DNA of 46,345 bases. Origin: a virus (lineage: Duplodnaviria; Heunggongvirae; Uroviricota; Caudoviricetes). The position numbers and the translations under genes were made by a program. Below the pieces are notes generated by a model. The model worked only from the letters and a program-made list of their open reading frames with translations, did not search any database and was not told where the DNA came from. The stretch is from IMG/VR virus record IMGVR_UViG_3300031370_000003. One strand, given 5' to 3'. Shown piece after piece: positions 1-9,638 of the stretch; the stretch's first letter is position 1; each line of letters begins with the position of its first letter.

Positions 1-477
1 TCCCCAGCCGGTGTCCGTTCGCACATTCTCAGCTCAGTGACGCCGTTCCTGAACATGCGCACCGCCGAATATCTCAACACGCTGTCTGACGGCAATATCG
101 TTGCTGAATGGTCAACCATGGAGACCACCAAGAAAGGTGAGATCCGTGACAAGTTCAACATCAATGTGTCGAAAGCCGGTTCCAGCAAATCATTCATGGG
201 TTTATCCGGTGGTGAGAAACGCAAGGTGCGAATTTCTTGCTCACTGGCATTGCAGGATCTGGTGGCCAGCCGCGCCAGCAAAAACATCCAGCTGTTTATC
301 GGTGATGAAATTGATGATGCGCTGGACTCAGCAGGACTTGAGCGCTTGATGGGCATCCTTGAGACCAAGGCGCGCGAGCGTGGCACCGTGATGATCATCA
401 GCCACAAAGAAATGAAATCATGGTTCCGCGAAACTATCACCGTTGAAGTGAAGGATGGCCGCAGCTATGTCAGTTAA
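1..477 (+). CDS. SbcC/Rad50-family ABC ATPase, C-terminal part (5'-truncated by the window edge)
   Basis: Frame is open from base 1; ABC signature LSGGEKRK, Walker B LFIGDE plus D-loop, H-loop ISH. Confidence 0.9.
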   Translation, partial: SPAGVRSHILSSVTPFLNMRTAEYLNTLSDGNIVAEWSTMETTKKGEIRDKFNINVSKAGSSKSFMGLSGGEKRKVRISCSLALQDLVASRASKNIQLFIGDEIDDALDSAGLERLMGILETKARERGTVMIISHKEMKSWFRETITVEVKDGRSYVS

Positions 478-1183
478 TGAGCTGAGTTACATCCAGTTCC
501 GGCAAGTGGTTTCTGTACTGGCATCCATTAACCTCCTGTCGGATTACGTGGACGAGCCGGTACGGCCTAAGTGGTACTTCGAGCTAAGCGAGGTAGATGA
601 CGCGCAGCGCGCCGCGTTAACGGAGTTGCTTGACGCCAGCCCGGTCATGACGACGCTGACGCATGAAAGCAATATAAAGCCGCTTATGATCAACTTAGCA
701 GATCCGAGCGGCTATCTGCCTCGCGAGTGCGGTCTGGTCACTTTGAGTGACGTAAACACCTTGACCATGAGTATTGGCGACCCGTCACTGTATCTGGATA
801 GCCAGCAAATCAGCGCGTTCAACACTTTTATCCGCCGTCTAAAAAACAAATCGGAGCTGGTGGCCAGCGGTGGCACTGCATTCGAAAGCGTTGCTATCAA
901 ATTCGAAGAAGGTGATGACCTCATCCGAAACACTATTGTTGAGTTTAAGGATGGCAAAGGTGAGACCATTTTTGTCGCTGACGGCGATACACATGAAAAT
1001 GTTAAGCACAATCTGCCGAAGAACTACTTAAGTGAATTGTGTGAGTTCGTTGCGCAAACAATGATGACCTCAGAGGATGATGATTCATTGTTCAATGAGC
1101 TGCTGGGCGTACCATCAAGAAGCCAGCAAAAAGATGAACCGGTTAAAACGCAGGAAGCCCACCCTCAGTGGGGAACATGGTAA
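467..1183 (+). CDS. Hypothetical protein
   Basis: Long ORF overlapping the upstream stop; ATG 467 follows AAGGA; no motif recognised. Confidence 0.8.
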   Translation: MSVNELSYIQFRQVVSVLASINLLSDYVDEPVRPKWYFELSEVDDAQRAALTELLDASPVMTTLTHESNIKPLMINLADPSGYLPRECGLVTLSDVNTLTMSIGDPSLYLDSQQISAFNTFIRRLKNKSELVASGGTAFESVAIKFEEGDDLIRNTIVEFKDGKGETIFVADGDTHENVKHNLPKNYLSELCEFVAQTMMTSEDDDSLFNELLGVPSRSQQKDEPVKTQEAHPQWGTW

Positions 1184-1192
1184 GGAGACCAT

Positions 1193-1762
1193 ATGAGTAA
1201 GTTGATTAAAATCGTCGGGTTAGACCCCAGCATGAGTAACTTTGGCATCGCTGCTGGCACACTCGATCTGGACACCAATGAAGTTAAGGTCACGCGCTTT
1301 GAGCTGGCTGAAACGAAGGCCGGTGGCAAGAAGAAAACGGTTCGCGTGAACAGCGACGATCTACGCCGCGCAGGTGAGATTTGGGCGAAAGCAAAGCCAA
1401 TGATAGATGAGGCACATATCGTTTTTGCTGAGCTGCCGGTGGGTAGCCAATCGTCTCGTGCTCAGACCAGCTATGGCATTTGCATTGGCGTTCTGGCAAG
1501 CATTCAAAAGCCGCTAATACAGATTACCCCTGACGAAATTAAGAAGTATGTCGGCGGTAAAGCGAGTGTTGCCAAAGAGGACATCATTGAATGGGCTATT
1601 CAGGAGCAACCAGACGCCCCCTGGCTGCGCCACAAGTCCAAAGGTGAAATGGTGCTGACCGGCAAGAATGAGCACCTTGCTGACGCTGTAGCGGCGATTT
1701 ACGTGGGTTTAGATACTGATCAATTCAAGCAGGTGGTAAGCGTACTGAAAGCAATTTTATGA
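1193..1762 (+). CDS. RuvC-like Holliday junction resolvase
   Basis: IVGLDPSMSNFGIA (Asp I), FAELP (Glu II), EHLADAVAA (Asp III/IV); RBS AAGGAG. Confidence 0.85.
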   Translation: MSKLIKIVGLDPSMSNFGIAAGTLDLDTNEVKVTRFELAETKAGGKKKTVRVNSDDLRRAGEIWAKAKPMIDEAHIVFAELPVGSQSSRAQTSYGICIGVLASIQKPLIQITPDEIKKYVGGKASVAKEDIIEWAIQEQPDAPWLRHKSKGEMVLTGKNEHLADAVAAIYVGLDTDQFKQVVSVLKAIL

Positions 1763-1769
1763 TTTATCG

Positions 1770-1798
1770 TTGATAGGTGGTCAACTACCTACTATCAT
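1770..1798 (+). promoter_or_regulatory. Sigma70 promoter of nrdA with motif-A operator (1774-1791) in the spacer
   Basis: TTGATA-17-TATCAT enclosing TAGGTGGTCAACTACCTA. Confidence 0.7.
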
Positions 1799-1801
1799 GA
1801 C

Positions 1802-1826
1802 GGCCACTATATGTAGTGGCCTTTTT
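1802..1826 (+). terminator. Hairpin plus T-run upstream of nrdA (terminator or attenuator)
   Basis: GGCCACTA-TATG-TAGTGGCC-TTTTT. Confidence 0.55.
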
Positions 1827-1839
1827 ATTGGGAAAACAC

Positions 1840-4164
1840 ATGATTAACATTCAGAAACGTGACGGGCGATCGGAGCCACTGAGCGAAGATAAGTATAACC
1901 GCGTGGTAATGTGGGCGGTCGAAGGCGTTGAAAACGTCAGTGCATCAGCCATTGCCCTCGGTGCTTCTGCCAGCATTTTTGACGGCATGACCACCAGCCA
2001 GTTGCATGATGCGCTGGTGAAAGCCGCAGCTGATTTGATCAGCCCGGAAACTCCGAACTACTCCCAGGTTGCAGCCCGTCTTAATCTGTTCAAAATGCGC
2101 AAAGATGCGTTTGGTCAGTACGAATACCCCGACCTGTACATGCACATCGTGAACCTCGTAAATCGTGGCATTTACGATGAAGATTTGTTGAAACGCTATC
2201 ATCCAAACGAAATCAACGAGCTGGGCAAATATCTCGATACCGCTCGCGATGATCTGTTTGGCTACGCGGCCACCGTGCAGCTGCAGGGCAAATATCTTGT
2301 CCAGAACCGCGTCACTGGAAAAATTCACGAAGCACCGCAACACATTTATATGCTGGTGGGCATGTGTCTGTTCCAGGATTGGCAGGACGGCACCAGTGGT
2401 AAAACTCGTCTGGAAATGGTCAAAGGCTTCTATGATGTCACCAGTACATTCAAGCTCTCATTGCCAACCCCAATCATGGCAGGCGTTCGCACACCGACGC
2501 GCCAGTTCTCAAGCTGCGTACTGATTGAATCTGGCGACAGTCTGAAGGCCATTAATGGTACAGCTGCCGCGATCGTCGATTACGTTTCTCAACGTGCCGG
2601 CATCGGCATTAGCTTTGGCCGCATCCGTGCGCTGGGAAGCGAAATCCGTGGTGGCGAAGCGACCCACACTGGCGTTATCCCGTTCCTGAAGCACTTCCAG
2701 ACAGCCGTGAAATCCTGTTCGCAGGGCGGTGTTCGTGGCGGCGCAGCTACTGCGTATTATCCGTTCTGGCATCTGGAAACTGAAAGCCTGCTGGTGCTGA
2801 AAAACAACCGCGGTGTGGATGAGAACCGTGTACGCCATCTTGACTACGGTGTGTTGCTGAACCGTCTGATGTACCGCCGTCTTATTCGTGAAGAGAACAT
2901 CACTCTGTTTAGTCCGAATGATGTGCCTGGTCTGTATGACGCTTATTTCGAAGATCAGGATCTGTTCGAAGAGCTTTACCTGAAATACGAGGCTGACCCG
3001 GCTATTCGCAAGAAGAGTGTTTCTGCCGTTGAGCTGTTCTCTTCCATGATGCAGGAGCGCGCCTCTACCGGTCGTATTTATATCGGCAACGCTGACCACA
3101 TGAACGAGCATAGCTCCTTCATCCAGAGCATTGCGCCAGTGCGTATGTCAAACCTGTGTGCTGAAATTACGCTGCCAACCAAACCGCTGGTGAAAACTGA
3201 CGATCCCAACGGCGAGATCGCTCTTTGCACACTGTCGGCGTTTAACCTCGGCGCCATCGATTCTCTGGGTGACCTGCAGGAAGTCGCATTCTTTGCAGTC
3301 GCGGCACTCGACTCACTGCTTGATTACCAAAACTACCCAATGGAAGCCGCAGAGCGTGGAGCAAAAGCGCGCCGCAGCCTGGGTATTGGTGTAACCAACT
3401 TTGCGTATTACCTGGCGAAGAATGGCTTTAAATACTCCGATCTCGAAGGCAACAAGCTTGTTCACGAAACGTTTGAAGCGATTCAGTATTACCTTCTGGA
3501 CGCCAGCTGTAAATTAGCTGAAGCGAAAGGCGCGTGTGAGTGGTTCGACGAAACCAAATACTCTCTCGGCCAGCTGCCAATTGACCATTATCGCAAGTCC
3601 CTGGATGGTCAGGAGATCAATGCGAAGCATCCGCTGCTACTCCCATGGGAACAGCTGCGCCACCGCATCAAAGTGCATGGTCTGCGTAACTCTACGCTTA
3701 CAGCTCAGATGCCGTGCGAAACGTCGAGCCAGATCACCAACTCTACGAACGGCATCGAGCCGCCGCGCGGCGCTGTGTCCATCAAATCCTCCAAAGAAGG
3801 CGCCATCAAAATGGTTGTGCCTGATTTTGAGAACCTGAAAGGGCAATACGAATACCTGTGGGATATGCCGAGCAACTACGGCTATCTGACCAAAGTGGCA
3901 ATCATTCAGAAGTTCTTCGACCAGTCTATTTCGACCAACACGAACTATGACCCTGAGCGCTTCCCTAATGGCAAAGTCCCAATGGAAACGCTGCTTGATG
4001 ATCTGCTCACCGCCTACCAGCTGGGCATTAAAACTCTCTATTACCACAACACGCGCGACGGTGCCGGCCAAACGGAAGACACCAGCGATGTGACCAGCGC
4101 GCTCCAGGCTAATCAAGAGCCAATTCTTGACGACGAGCCTGATTGCGACACCTGCACCATCTAA
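1840..4164 (+). CDS. nrdA: Class Ia ribonucleotide reductase alpha subunit
   Basis: ATP-cone start MINIQKRDG, LPTPIMAG, active-site NLCAE, TLYY tyrosine pair, C-terminal CDTC. Confidence 0.97.
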   Translation: MINIQKRDGRSEPLSEDKYNRVVMWAVEGVENVSASAIALGASASIFDGMTTSQLHDALVKAAADLISPETPNYSQVAARLNLFKMRKDAFGQYEYPDLYMHIVNLVNRGIYDEDLLKRYHPNEINELGKYLDTARDDLFGYAATVQLQGKYLVQNRVTGKIHEAPQHIYMLVGMCLFQDWQDGTSGKTRLEMVKGFYDVTSTFKLSLPTPIMAGVRTPTRQFSSCVLIESGDSLKAINGTAAAIVDYVSQRAGIGISFGRIRALGSEIRGGEATHTGVIPFLKHFQTAVKSCSQGGVRGGAATAYYPFWHLETESLLVLKNNRGVDENRVRHLDYGVLLNRLMYRRLIREENITLFSPNDVPGLYDAYFEDQDLFEELYLKYEADPAIRKKSVSAVELFSSMMQERASTGRIYIGNADHMNEHSSFIQSIAPVRMSNLCAEITLPTKPLVKTDDPNGEIALCTLSAFNLGAIDSLGDLQEVAFFAVAALDSLLDYQNYPMEAAERGAKARRSLGIGVTNFAYYLAKNGFKYSDLEGNKLVHETFEAIQYYLLDASCKLAEAKGACEWFDETKYSLGQLPIDHYRKSLDGQEINAKHPLLLPWEQLRHRIKVHGLRNSTLTAQMPCETSSQITNSTNGIEPPRGAVSIKSSKEGAIKMVVPDFENLKGQYEYLWDMPSNYGYLTKVAIIQKFFDQSISTNTNYDPERFPNGKVPMETLLDDLLTAYQLGIKTLYYHNTRDGAGQTEDTSDVTSALQANQEPILDDEPDCDTCTI

Positions 4165-4254
4165 GCGTGGGGCAGCCGCCCCACCGTCTCCAATCAATTG
4201 AACACCTGTGCCAGCGCATCACAATGCTGGCACGTAAAACAACGAGGAAAACAC

Positions 4255-5388
4255 ATGAGCCAATATTCAACGTTCCGGCTTGGGGCGAACGACGCGACAA
4301 AAGAACCTATGTTCCTTGGCCTGTCAGTAAACGTATCTCGCTATGACCAGCAAAAATATCGCCTGTTTGAGAAGCTGATCGAGAAGCAGCTCTCTTTCTT
4401 CTGGCGCCCTGAAGAAGTGGACATTTCTAAAGATCGCATTGAGTTCAACAACAAACTGCAACCGCATGAGCGACACATCTTCCTGAGCAACCTCCGTTAC
4501 CAAACTCTGCTGGACTCCGTACAGGGTCGCAGCCCGAACGCTACATTGCTGCCGCTGGCGTCCATTCCAGAGCTGGAGACGTGGATTGAAACGTGGTCAT
4601 TCTCAGAGACCATTCATAGCCGCAGCTACACGCACATCATTCGTGGCATGGTCGATAACCCGGCTGAAATTTTCGACGGCATTGTGAGCGATGAAGAAAT
4701 TGTGAGCCGCGCCGCATCGGTTACTGAGCAGTATGACGCCCTGTATCAGCTGATCTGCGCTCGCGAGTATCTATCAGAGCAGGAAGGCCGTTTTGATGAG
4801 ATTTATGGCGAACTTGCCATGGAGAAACAGGTTTACCGCACCCTGGTAGCAGTAAACGCTCTGGAGGCAATCCGCTTCTATGTCAGCTTCGCCTGCACGT
4901 TTTCTTTTGGTGAGCGTGGACTACTGGAAGGCAATACAAAAATTATGCGCTTCATCGCGCGTGATGAGGCTCTGCATTGTCACTCTACAGAAATGATGAT
5001 CAAGTACATGCGCGTCGGCAAAGAGGGTGAGCAGTGGAAGGCTGTGGCTGATGAGCTTGAGCCCTTTGTTTACCAGACCATGAAGGACGTGGCTGAGCAG
5101 GAGATGCGCTGGGCAGAACACCTTTTCAAAGATGGCTCTATGATCGGCCTCAATGCAGAAATCCTGAAGCAGTATGTGAAATATCGCACCAACGTTAGCC
5201 TGCGTCGCATGGGGCTTAAGCCAATTTTCGAAGATGCTTTGAATGATCCACTGCCGTGGATGAACAAATGGCTGCTGAGTGACCAAGTGCAAGTGGCGCC
5301 GCAAGAAGTTGAGGTTAGCTCATATCTGGTTGGGCAGATCGACTCAACGGTGAGTTCGAAGAGCCTGAAGAAGTTCGCCGACATTTGA
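4255..5388 (+). CDS. nrdB: Class Ia ribonucleotide reductase beta subunit
   Basis: FWRPEEVD, ETIHSRSY (iron ligands and radical Tyr), RDEALH, C-terminal SSYLVG. Confidence 0.97.
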   Translation: MSQYSTFRLGANDATKEPMFLGLSVNVSRYDQQKYRLFEKLIEKQLSFFWRPEEVDISKDRIEFNNKLQPHERHIFLSNLRYQTLLDSVQGRSPNATLLPLASIPELETWIETWSFSETIHSRSYTHIIRGMVDNPAEIFDGIVSDEEIVSRAASVTEQYDALYQLICAREYLSEQEGRFDEIYGELAMEKQVYRTLVAVNALEAIRFYVSFACTFSFGERGLLEGNTKIMRFIARDEALHCHSTEMMIKYMRVGKEGEQWKAVADELEPFVYQTMKDVAEQEMRWAEHLFKDGSMIGLNAEILKQYVKYRTNVSLRRMGLKPIFEDALNDPLPWMNKWLLSDQVQVAPQEVEVSSYLVGQIDSTVSSKSLKKFADI

Positions 5389-5470
5389 TGAATTTACGTG
5401 TTGGATGCCTACGTCCAACACGTTACTATGTTGAAAATAAAGTGATTGTTTATATAAATAAGGAAACAAG

Positions 5471-6328
5471 ATGTTTACTGGCATTATGGACAAAGTGAAG
5501 CTGTTCGGTGACAAAGTTGTCGGCTTCAAGCCAGATCTTTACGAGCTGCATCCGGGTTATGGCGATCATACTCTGGACATCTATGAGATGGTTAACCAAT
5601 TCCACGGGCTGTTTCAGCATCCTCAGCGTATAGCTGCAACACCGGCGCTGCTTCGCTTACGTGCAAAACTTATTCGCGAAGAAGCTGTTGAAGAAGGCAT
5701 CCCAGCTGCCGATAACTCAAATTTAGAGAAGATATTGGATGCGATGGCCGACTTCCTCTATGTCGGTATTGGCACTATGGTGGCGATCCGCGGCGGCGCA
5801 CCTATGGGGATGAGTATTTATACCCAGGATCAAAGCGTAGGTCGATTCCATGAGACTTTGTCTATGACTTCCGCAGCGATCGATGATGTGAAGCTACCGT
5901 TTTATGAAGCTGGCAAAGTCGCTGATGAGCTTGAGGCTCTTGCGACCAAAATTGAGTCAGAGAATTTGTCAGAAGGTGCTCTTATTAACGAGCTGCGCCG
6001 AGTCCTGAACATGCTTTATGTCGCCTGCAGCATGACCTATCGCCTGGCTGATTTAATGGACATCAACATTGTAGAGCTGGTGGCGGAAGTTCACCGTTCC
6101 AACATGACGAAGCTGTGGCCGGGTGACGATGCAGAGCGGGCTGTGGCGGTGGATCGCTGCCAGTACGACCATTCAGATCTGGGCTTCCGTGCTTGTGAAG
6201 GTACTGATTTAAGAATCGGATTCCGCATCTCAGATGGCAAAATCCTCAAGTCACCAACCTACAGTGAAGCTGATCTGGTTGGCTTTGTTGCGACGGCTAA
6301 GACGTCTACTATTGTGAAGGAATTATGA
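5471..6328 (+). CDS. MazG/PRA-PH-like all-alpha NTP pyrophosphohydrolase (possible dUTPase)
   Basis: LIREEAVEE...DAMADFLYV...EVHRSNMTK pattern; directly upstream of thyA. Confidence 0.75.
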   Translation: MFTGIMDKVKLFGDKVVGFKPDLYELHPGYGDHTLDIYEMVNQFHGLFQHPQRIAATPALLRLRAKLIREEAVEEGIPAADNSNLEKILDAMADFLYVGIGTMVAIRGGAPMGMSIYTQDQSVGRFHETLSMTSAAIDDVKLPFYEAGKVADELEALATKIESENLSEGALINELRRVLNMLYVACSMTYRLADLMDINIVELVAEVHRSNMTKLWPGDDAERAVAVDRCQYDHSDLGFRACEGTDLRIGFRISDGKILKSPTYSEADLVGFVATAKTSTIVKEL

Positions 6329-6410
6329 AGATGCGCCTTGTAGTTAAATGGCTATAAAGGTATATTTGATTCTTATGCGAAATAAACCTTATCAGAATAT
6401 CTGATTTATA

Positions 6411-6437
6411 GGCGCCCTTCTGGGCGTCTTTTTTTTT
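6411..6437 (+). terminator. Rho-independent terminator
   Basis: GGCGCCC-TTCT-GGGCGTC followed by T9. Confidence 0.75.
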
Positions 6438-6491
6438 GCTTTTAAGTTATAGGGTTGCTTTGATGGCGCTCTTTTTTTACTTATTATAAGA

Positions 6492-6509
6492 TAGGTATTC
6501 ACATACCTA
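6492..6509. promoter_or_regulatory. Motif-A palindromic operator upstream of thyA
   Basis: TAGGTA-TTCACA-TACCTA, extended to GATAGGTA...TACCTATC. Confidence 0.65.
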
Positions 6510-6523
6510 TCAAAGAAACCAAG

Positions 6524-7609
6524 ATGACAAGTTTACTCAACAAACCTTTCACTAATGGCCTGGCGACGGATTACACATACCGTTCAGTAATTAGCCGGGT
6601 TCAATCAGAAGGCATGGCCTCTGGCGACAGAACTGGAACCGGCACAAAAGGAACCTGTTTCTTAGCAACCGATTACCTGCTGACTGGTGCATCAGTGCCA
6701 CTTGTTTCCAGCAAAAAAACCAACCTCAAACCTCTTCTGGTTGAGCTGGAGTGGTATCTCAAAGGCACTGGCAATATCGGCTTCCTGAAAGAGCATGGCG
6801 TCAAAATCTGGGACGCATGGGCCGATGAGAACGATGACCTCGGGCCGGTCTACGGAAAGCAATGGCGCAGCCTGGAAGACACCCGGATTATACTTAGCAG
6901 CGATCTACAAAAATATCTTGAGCGCGGTTACTTGCTTGAAACTGAAATCGACGACAAACGTTCCCTTGTCACCAGAAACGTTGACCAGTTGGCGCGTATC
7001 GTTAACACGCTTCGCACTAACCCATCCGATCGCCGAATGCTGATGAGTGCATGGAACGTGGCTCAGCTGGAAGACATGGCACTGCCACCTTGCCACTTTG
7101 CGTTTTACGTGTGGAGTCGTGAGCTGGATTTCCCAACCCGTTTGTCGATGGCGAGTGATGTCGGCCGGACGCACTCTCAGTACGGGCATGAAAGCATGTA
7201 TAGCCGCCTGCTTGAGCTGCTGGATTCTGGCACTGAGATTAATGACGAGCTGATGGACAGCCTGGGTATTCCAAAGCGAGTTCTTTGCTCTACGGTAATG
7301 CAGCGCAGCGTTGATGTGTTTGTCGGTATGCCTTTCAACATTGCTGGGTACGGCATCCTGACTCACTTCATTGCCCAAATTACCGGCCACATGGCCGCGT
7401 CTCTGACTCATTACGGATGTGACGTCCATCTCTATGACAATCACCAAGAGGCGGTTGAAGAACTTCAGGCGCGCGAGATCCCCAAAAGCTCTGACCCGGT
7501 GGTCATCCTTCCCGAAGCATGGGAAGAGATTGACGATTTCCGCTGGGATGGCGTCGTGGTTGAAGGCTATGAACCACTGCCATGGATCAAGGTTCCGGTG
7601 GCGGTGTAG
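6524..7609 (+). CDS. thyA: Thymidylate synthase
   Basis: DRTGTGT, IWDAWAD, YGKQWR, catalytic LPPCH, QRSVD, PFNIAGY, DVHLYDNH. Confidence 0.95.
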   Translation: MTSLLNKPFTNGLATDYTYRSVISRVQSEGMASGDRTGTGTKGTCFLATDYLLTGASVPLVSSKKTNLKPLLVELEWYLKGTGNIGFLKEHGVKIWDAWADENDDLGPVYGKQWRSLEDTRIILSSDLQKYLERGYLLETEIDDKRSLVTRNVDQLARIVNTLRTNPSDRRMLMSAWNVAQLEDMALPPCHFAFYVWSRELDFPTRLSMASDVGRTHSQYGHESMYSRLLELLDSGTEINDELMDSLGIPKRVLCSTVMQRSVDVFVGMPFNIAGYGILTHFIAQITGHMAASLTHYGCDVHLYDNHQEAVEELQAREIPKSSDPVVILPEAWEEIDDFRWDGVVVEGYEPLPWIKVPVAV

Positions 7610-7611
7610 CA

Positions 7612-8028
7612 ATGGCCAGGGGAATGATTGTTTTTTGTGAGATCGACAATGTTTTGGCTGAGGTAAATCACCGCAGCTCATTGTCGGCCGAGGATGATCG
7701 TCTGGTAATGGGCGATGGTCTTATCTTCCCCACCAGCCGAATGCTCCGGGGCTTCATGCGCTCCGGGGCAGAAATTGCTTTGGTTTCAAATCGCTCAGCC
7801 AAATTGAGTGAGGCTACGAAGCAATGGCTAAAAGGGGCTGGCATTGATTACGACTGGCTTTACTTCGGCGGAATGACGCCCAAGTACGGAGCTTTTTTGA
7901 AAAAGACTTTGCAGGAGCATCGGGTCGATCGACTTATTGCAGCGGTAGGCGCCAGCCAAGAGTTTGTCAGCGTAATGGCAAGCCACCCAAACCGCCCTGT
8001 TTGTTATGTCGTCCGAAAGGGAGAGTGA
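7612..8028 (+). CDS. HAD-superfamily phosphatase-like protein (PNKP-type), degenerate motif I
   Basis: IVFCEIDNVLA in place of DxDGTL; VSNR motif II; TKQWL...IDYDWL. Confidence 0.6.
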   Translation: MARGMIVFCEIDNVLAEVNHRSSLSAEDDRLVMGDGLIFPTSRMLRGFMRSGAEIALVSNRSAKLSEATKQWLKGAGIDYDWLYFGGMTPKYGAFLKKTLQEHRVDRLIAAVGASQEFVSVMASHPNRPVCYVVRKGE

Positions 8029-8030
8029 CC

Positions 8031-8534
8031 ATGTTTATGATTGCTGCGGTGGCCAAGAACGGCGCCATCGGAAAAGGGAATCAGCTGCCATGGCGCAGCA
8101 AAGAAGATCTGCAAATTTTCAAGCGCATGACGACCGGTAAGATTGTAGTTATGGGGCGTAAAACAGCGGAAAGCCTGGGTAAGCCACTGCCTGACCGTGT
8201 GAACGTTGTTATCAGCCGTGATGCAGCTCGTGTACCGGCTGGATTCGCCCATCTCAGAGGTATGTCTGATGTGGCTAAGTTGTCGGTCTATTCAAACTGC
8301 GAGGTGGCCATCATTGGGGGCGCTGATATTTATCGTCTCGCTTTGCCATACGCTCATCGCGTTTACCTCACCCACCTTGATATTGAAGTGCCAGACGCAG
8401 ATACCTTCTTTCCAATGGAAGAAATGGCCGCCGCAAATCTGATTTCGCTTGAGACGTTAGTGGTTCAAGAGGAAACGGAAACAACTCCAGCCTTTAAACA
8501 AGTTGTTTATGGAGATAAAGAATGGATCGCATAG
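8031..8534 (+). CDS. folA: Dihydrofolate reductase
   Basis: IAAVAKNGAIG, LPW...D, VVMGRKTAESL, PLPDRVNVVISR, IIGGADIY, ADTFFP. Confidence 0.93.
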   Translation: MFMIAAVAKNGAIGKGNQLPWRSKEDLQIFKRMTTGKIVVMGRKTAESLGKPLPDRVNVVISRDAARVPAGFAHLRGMSDVAKLSVYSNCEVAIIGGADIYRLALPYAHRVYLTHLDIEVPDADTFFPMEEMAAANLISLETLVVQEETETTPAFKQVVYGDKEWIA

Positions 8535-9157
8535 GTTTTGCTGGCGCCCAGGGAACGGGCAAAACGACTTTAGCCAAGCGTCTCGCACTTAAGTACGGTT
8601 ACAGGTTTGTCGATGCTGGCGTCGGCGCGCTGATGAGTAAGCTAGGTGTTGTGGTTGGCAAAGAAATGCCTCTCTTCGAACGACTGCAGGTGCAGCTGGC
8701 CGTCGCGAACCACATTGCCGACAAATCCAGTGGCTCAGGCAGTTTCGTTATGGATCGAACGCCAATTGACGTTATGGCCTACACCATCGACCTCCTCCAC
8801 CAGGTTAATGATGATCGTTGTGTTTCGCTGTTCAATGAGATTCAACAGGTGTGCTCGCGAACCGCAATCGCGAACTACAACGTGATTGTTGGTTTGCGCC
8901 CGGGGATCGAGCTTTCTCAAGAGGACAAAGATCGAGAGCAGCGAGGCTCTCTCGACCCTTTGTATGTTCGCCGAATTGATGCGCTGGTGTGTGGCGAACT
9001 GAACAATCTCAACCTCTTTGAGAACAAGCGGAATCTTACAGTCGGCTTTTTCCCGCCAACTTTAACGGATCTGGATGCGCGGATTACTTCATTTAGCCAA
9101 TACATTCGAAATTCCGCAGCAGCACACAAGCGGCCAGTCGATAGCGCCTTGCACTAA
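8522..9157 (+). CDS. P-loop nucleotide kinase (dNMP kinase/AAA_28-like)
   Basis: Walker A GAQGTGKT; DRTPID motif; located in the nucleotide cluster. Confidence 0.75.
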   Translation: MDRIGFAGAQGTGKTTLAKRLALKYGYRFVDAGVGALMSKLGVVVGKEMPLFERLQVQLAVANHIADKSSGSGSFVMDRTPIDVMAYTIDLLHQVNDDRCVSLFNEIQQVCSRTAIANYNVIVGLRPGIELSQEDKDREQRGSLDPLYVRRIDALVCGELNNLNLFENKRNLTVGFFPPTLTDLDARITSFSQYIRNSAAAHKRPVDSALH

Positions 9158-9218
9158 GTGTTGAACCCCTCTCGTGGTGCGCAACAATACGCGCACCACA
9201 TGATCACGGAATACAAGC

Positions 9219-9638
9219 ATGACCACCGACCTTCTCTTGCAGGATGAAATCGACCGGAAGACGGTTGAAGCGCTCGAACGAGTGGTGATCGAATTTGAGT
9301 CAAAACTTCTGACTGCTCGTGAGGCAAGAATTGCCATCCGCGCAGTGTTTGAGAGTGTTCAGGGGCTGCTGACTGAATCCATCAGCGAAATACTAAATCA
9401 GGTGATGACTCAGTTTGCTAACGAACCAGGTAAGCCCATTTTTCCCATGCACCTGGCAATGCCAGGCGGCAACACTATTTTCATCAGCGTTGATCTCGAC
9501 GACAAAACGATGCGTGTCCTAAACGTTACCACCGGTGCTGAGCTGGCCAAGGTCGTGTGCGACACGCAGACCGAGACAATCAAAAAGGCAGCTGCGTTTG
9601 CCAAAAACGCCATTGTCAAAGGAGCTAAAAAATTATGA
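9219..9638 (+). CDS. Hypothetical protein
   Basis: ORF translationally coupled to the downstream exonuclease. Confidence 0.8.
   Translation: MTTDLLLQDEIDRKTVEALERVVIEFESKLLTAREARIAIRAVFESVQGLLTESISEILNQVMTQFANEPGKPIFPMHLAMPGGNTIFISVDLDDKTMRVLNVTTGAELAKVVCDTQTETIKKAAAFAKNAIVKGAKKL

Noticed and set aside
1840-5388. Introns, inteins or homing endonucleases in nrdAB
   Set aside because: Both genes are continuous and of normal length; the 90-bp gap holds only two hairpins
5471-9157. Hypermodified-pyrimidine pathway (ThyA homolog plus kinase plus phosphatase)
   Set aside because: ThyA keeps the dUMP-specific Asn and a DHFR is present, consistent with ordinary dTMP synthesis; no transferase in the cluster
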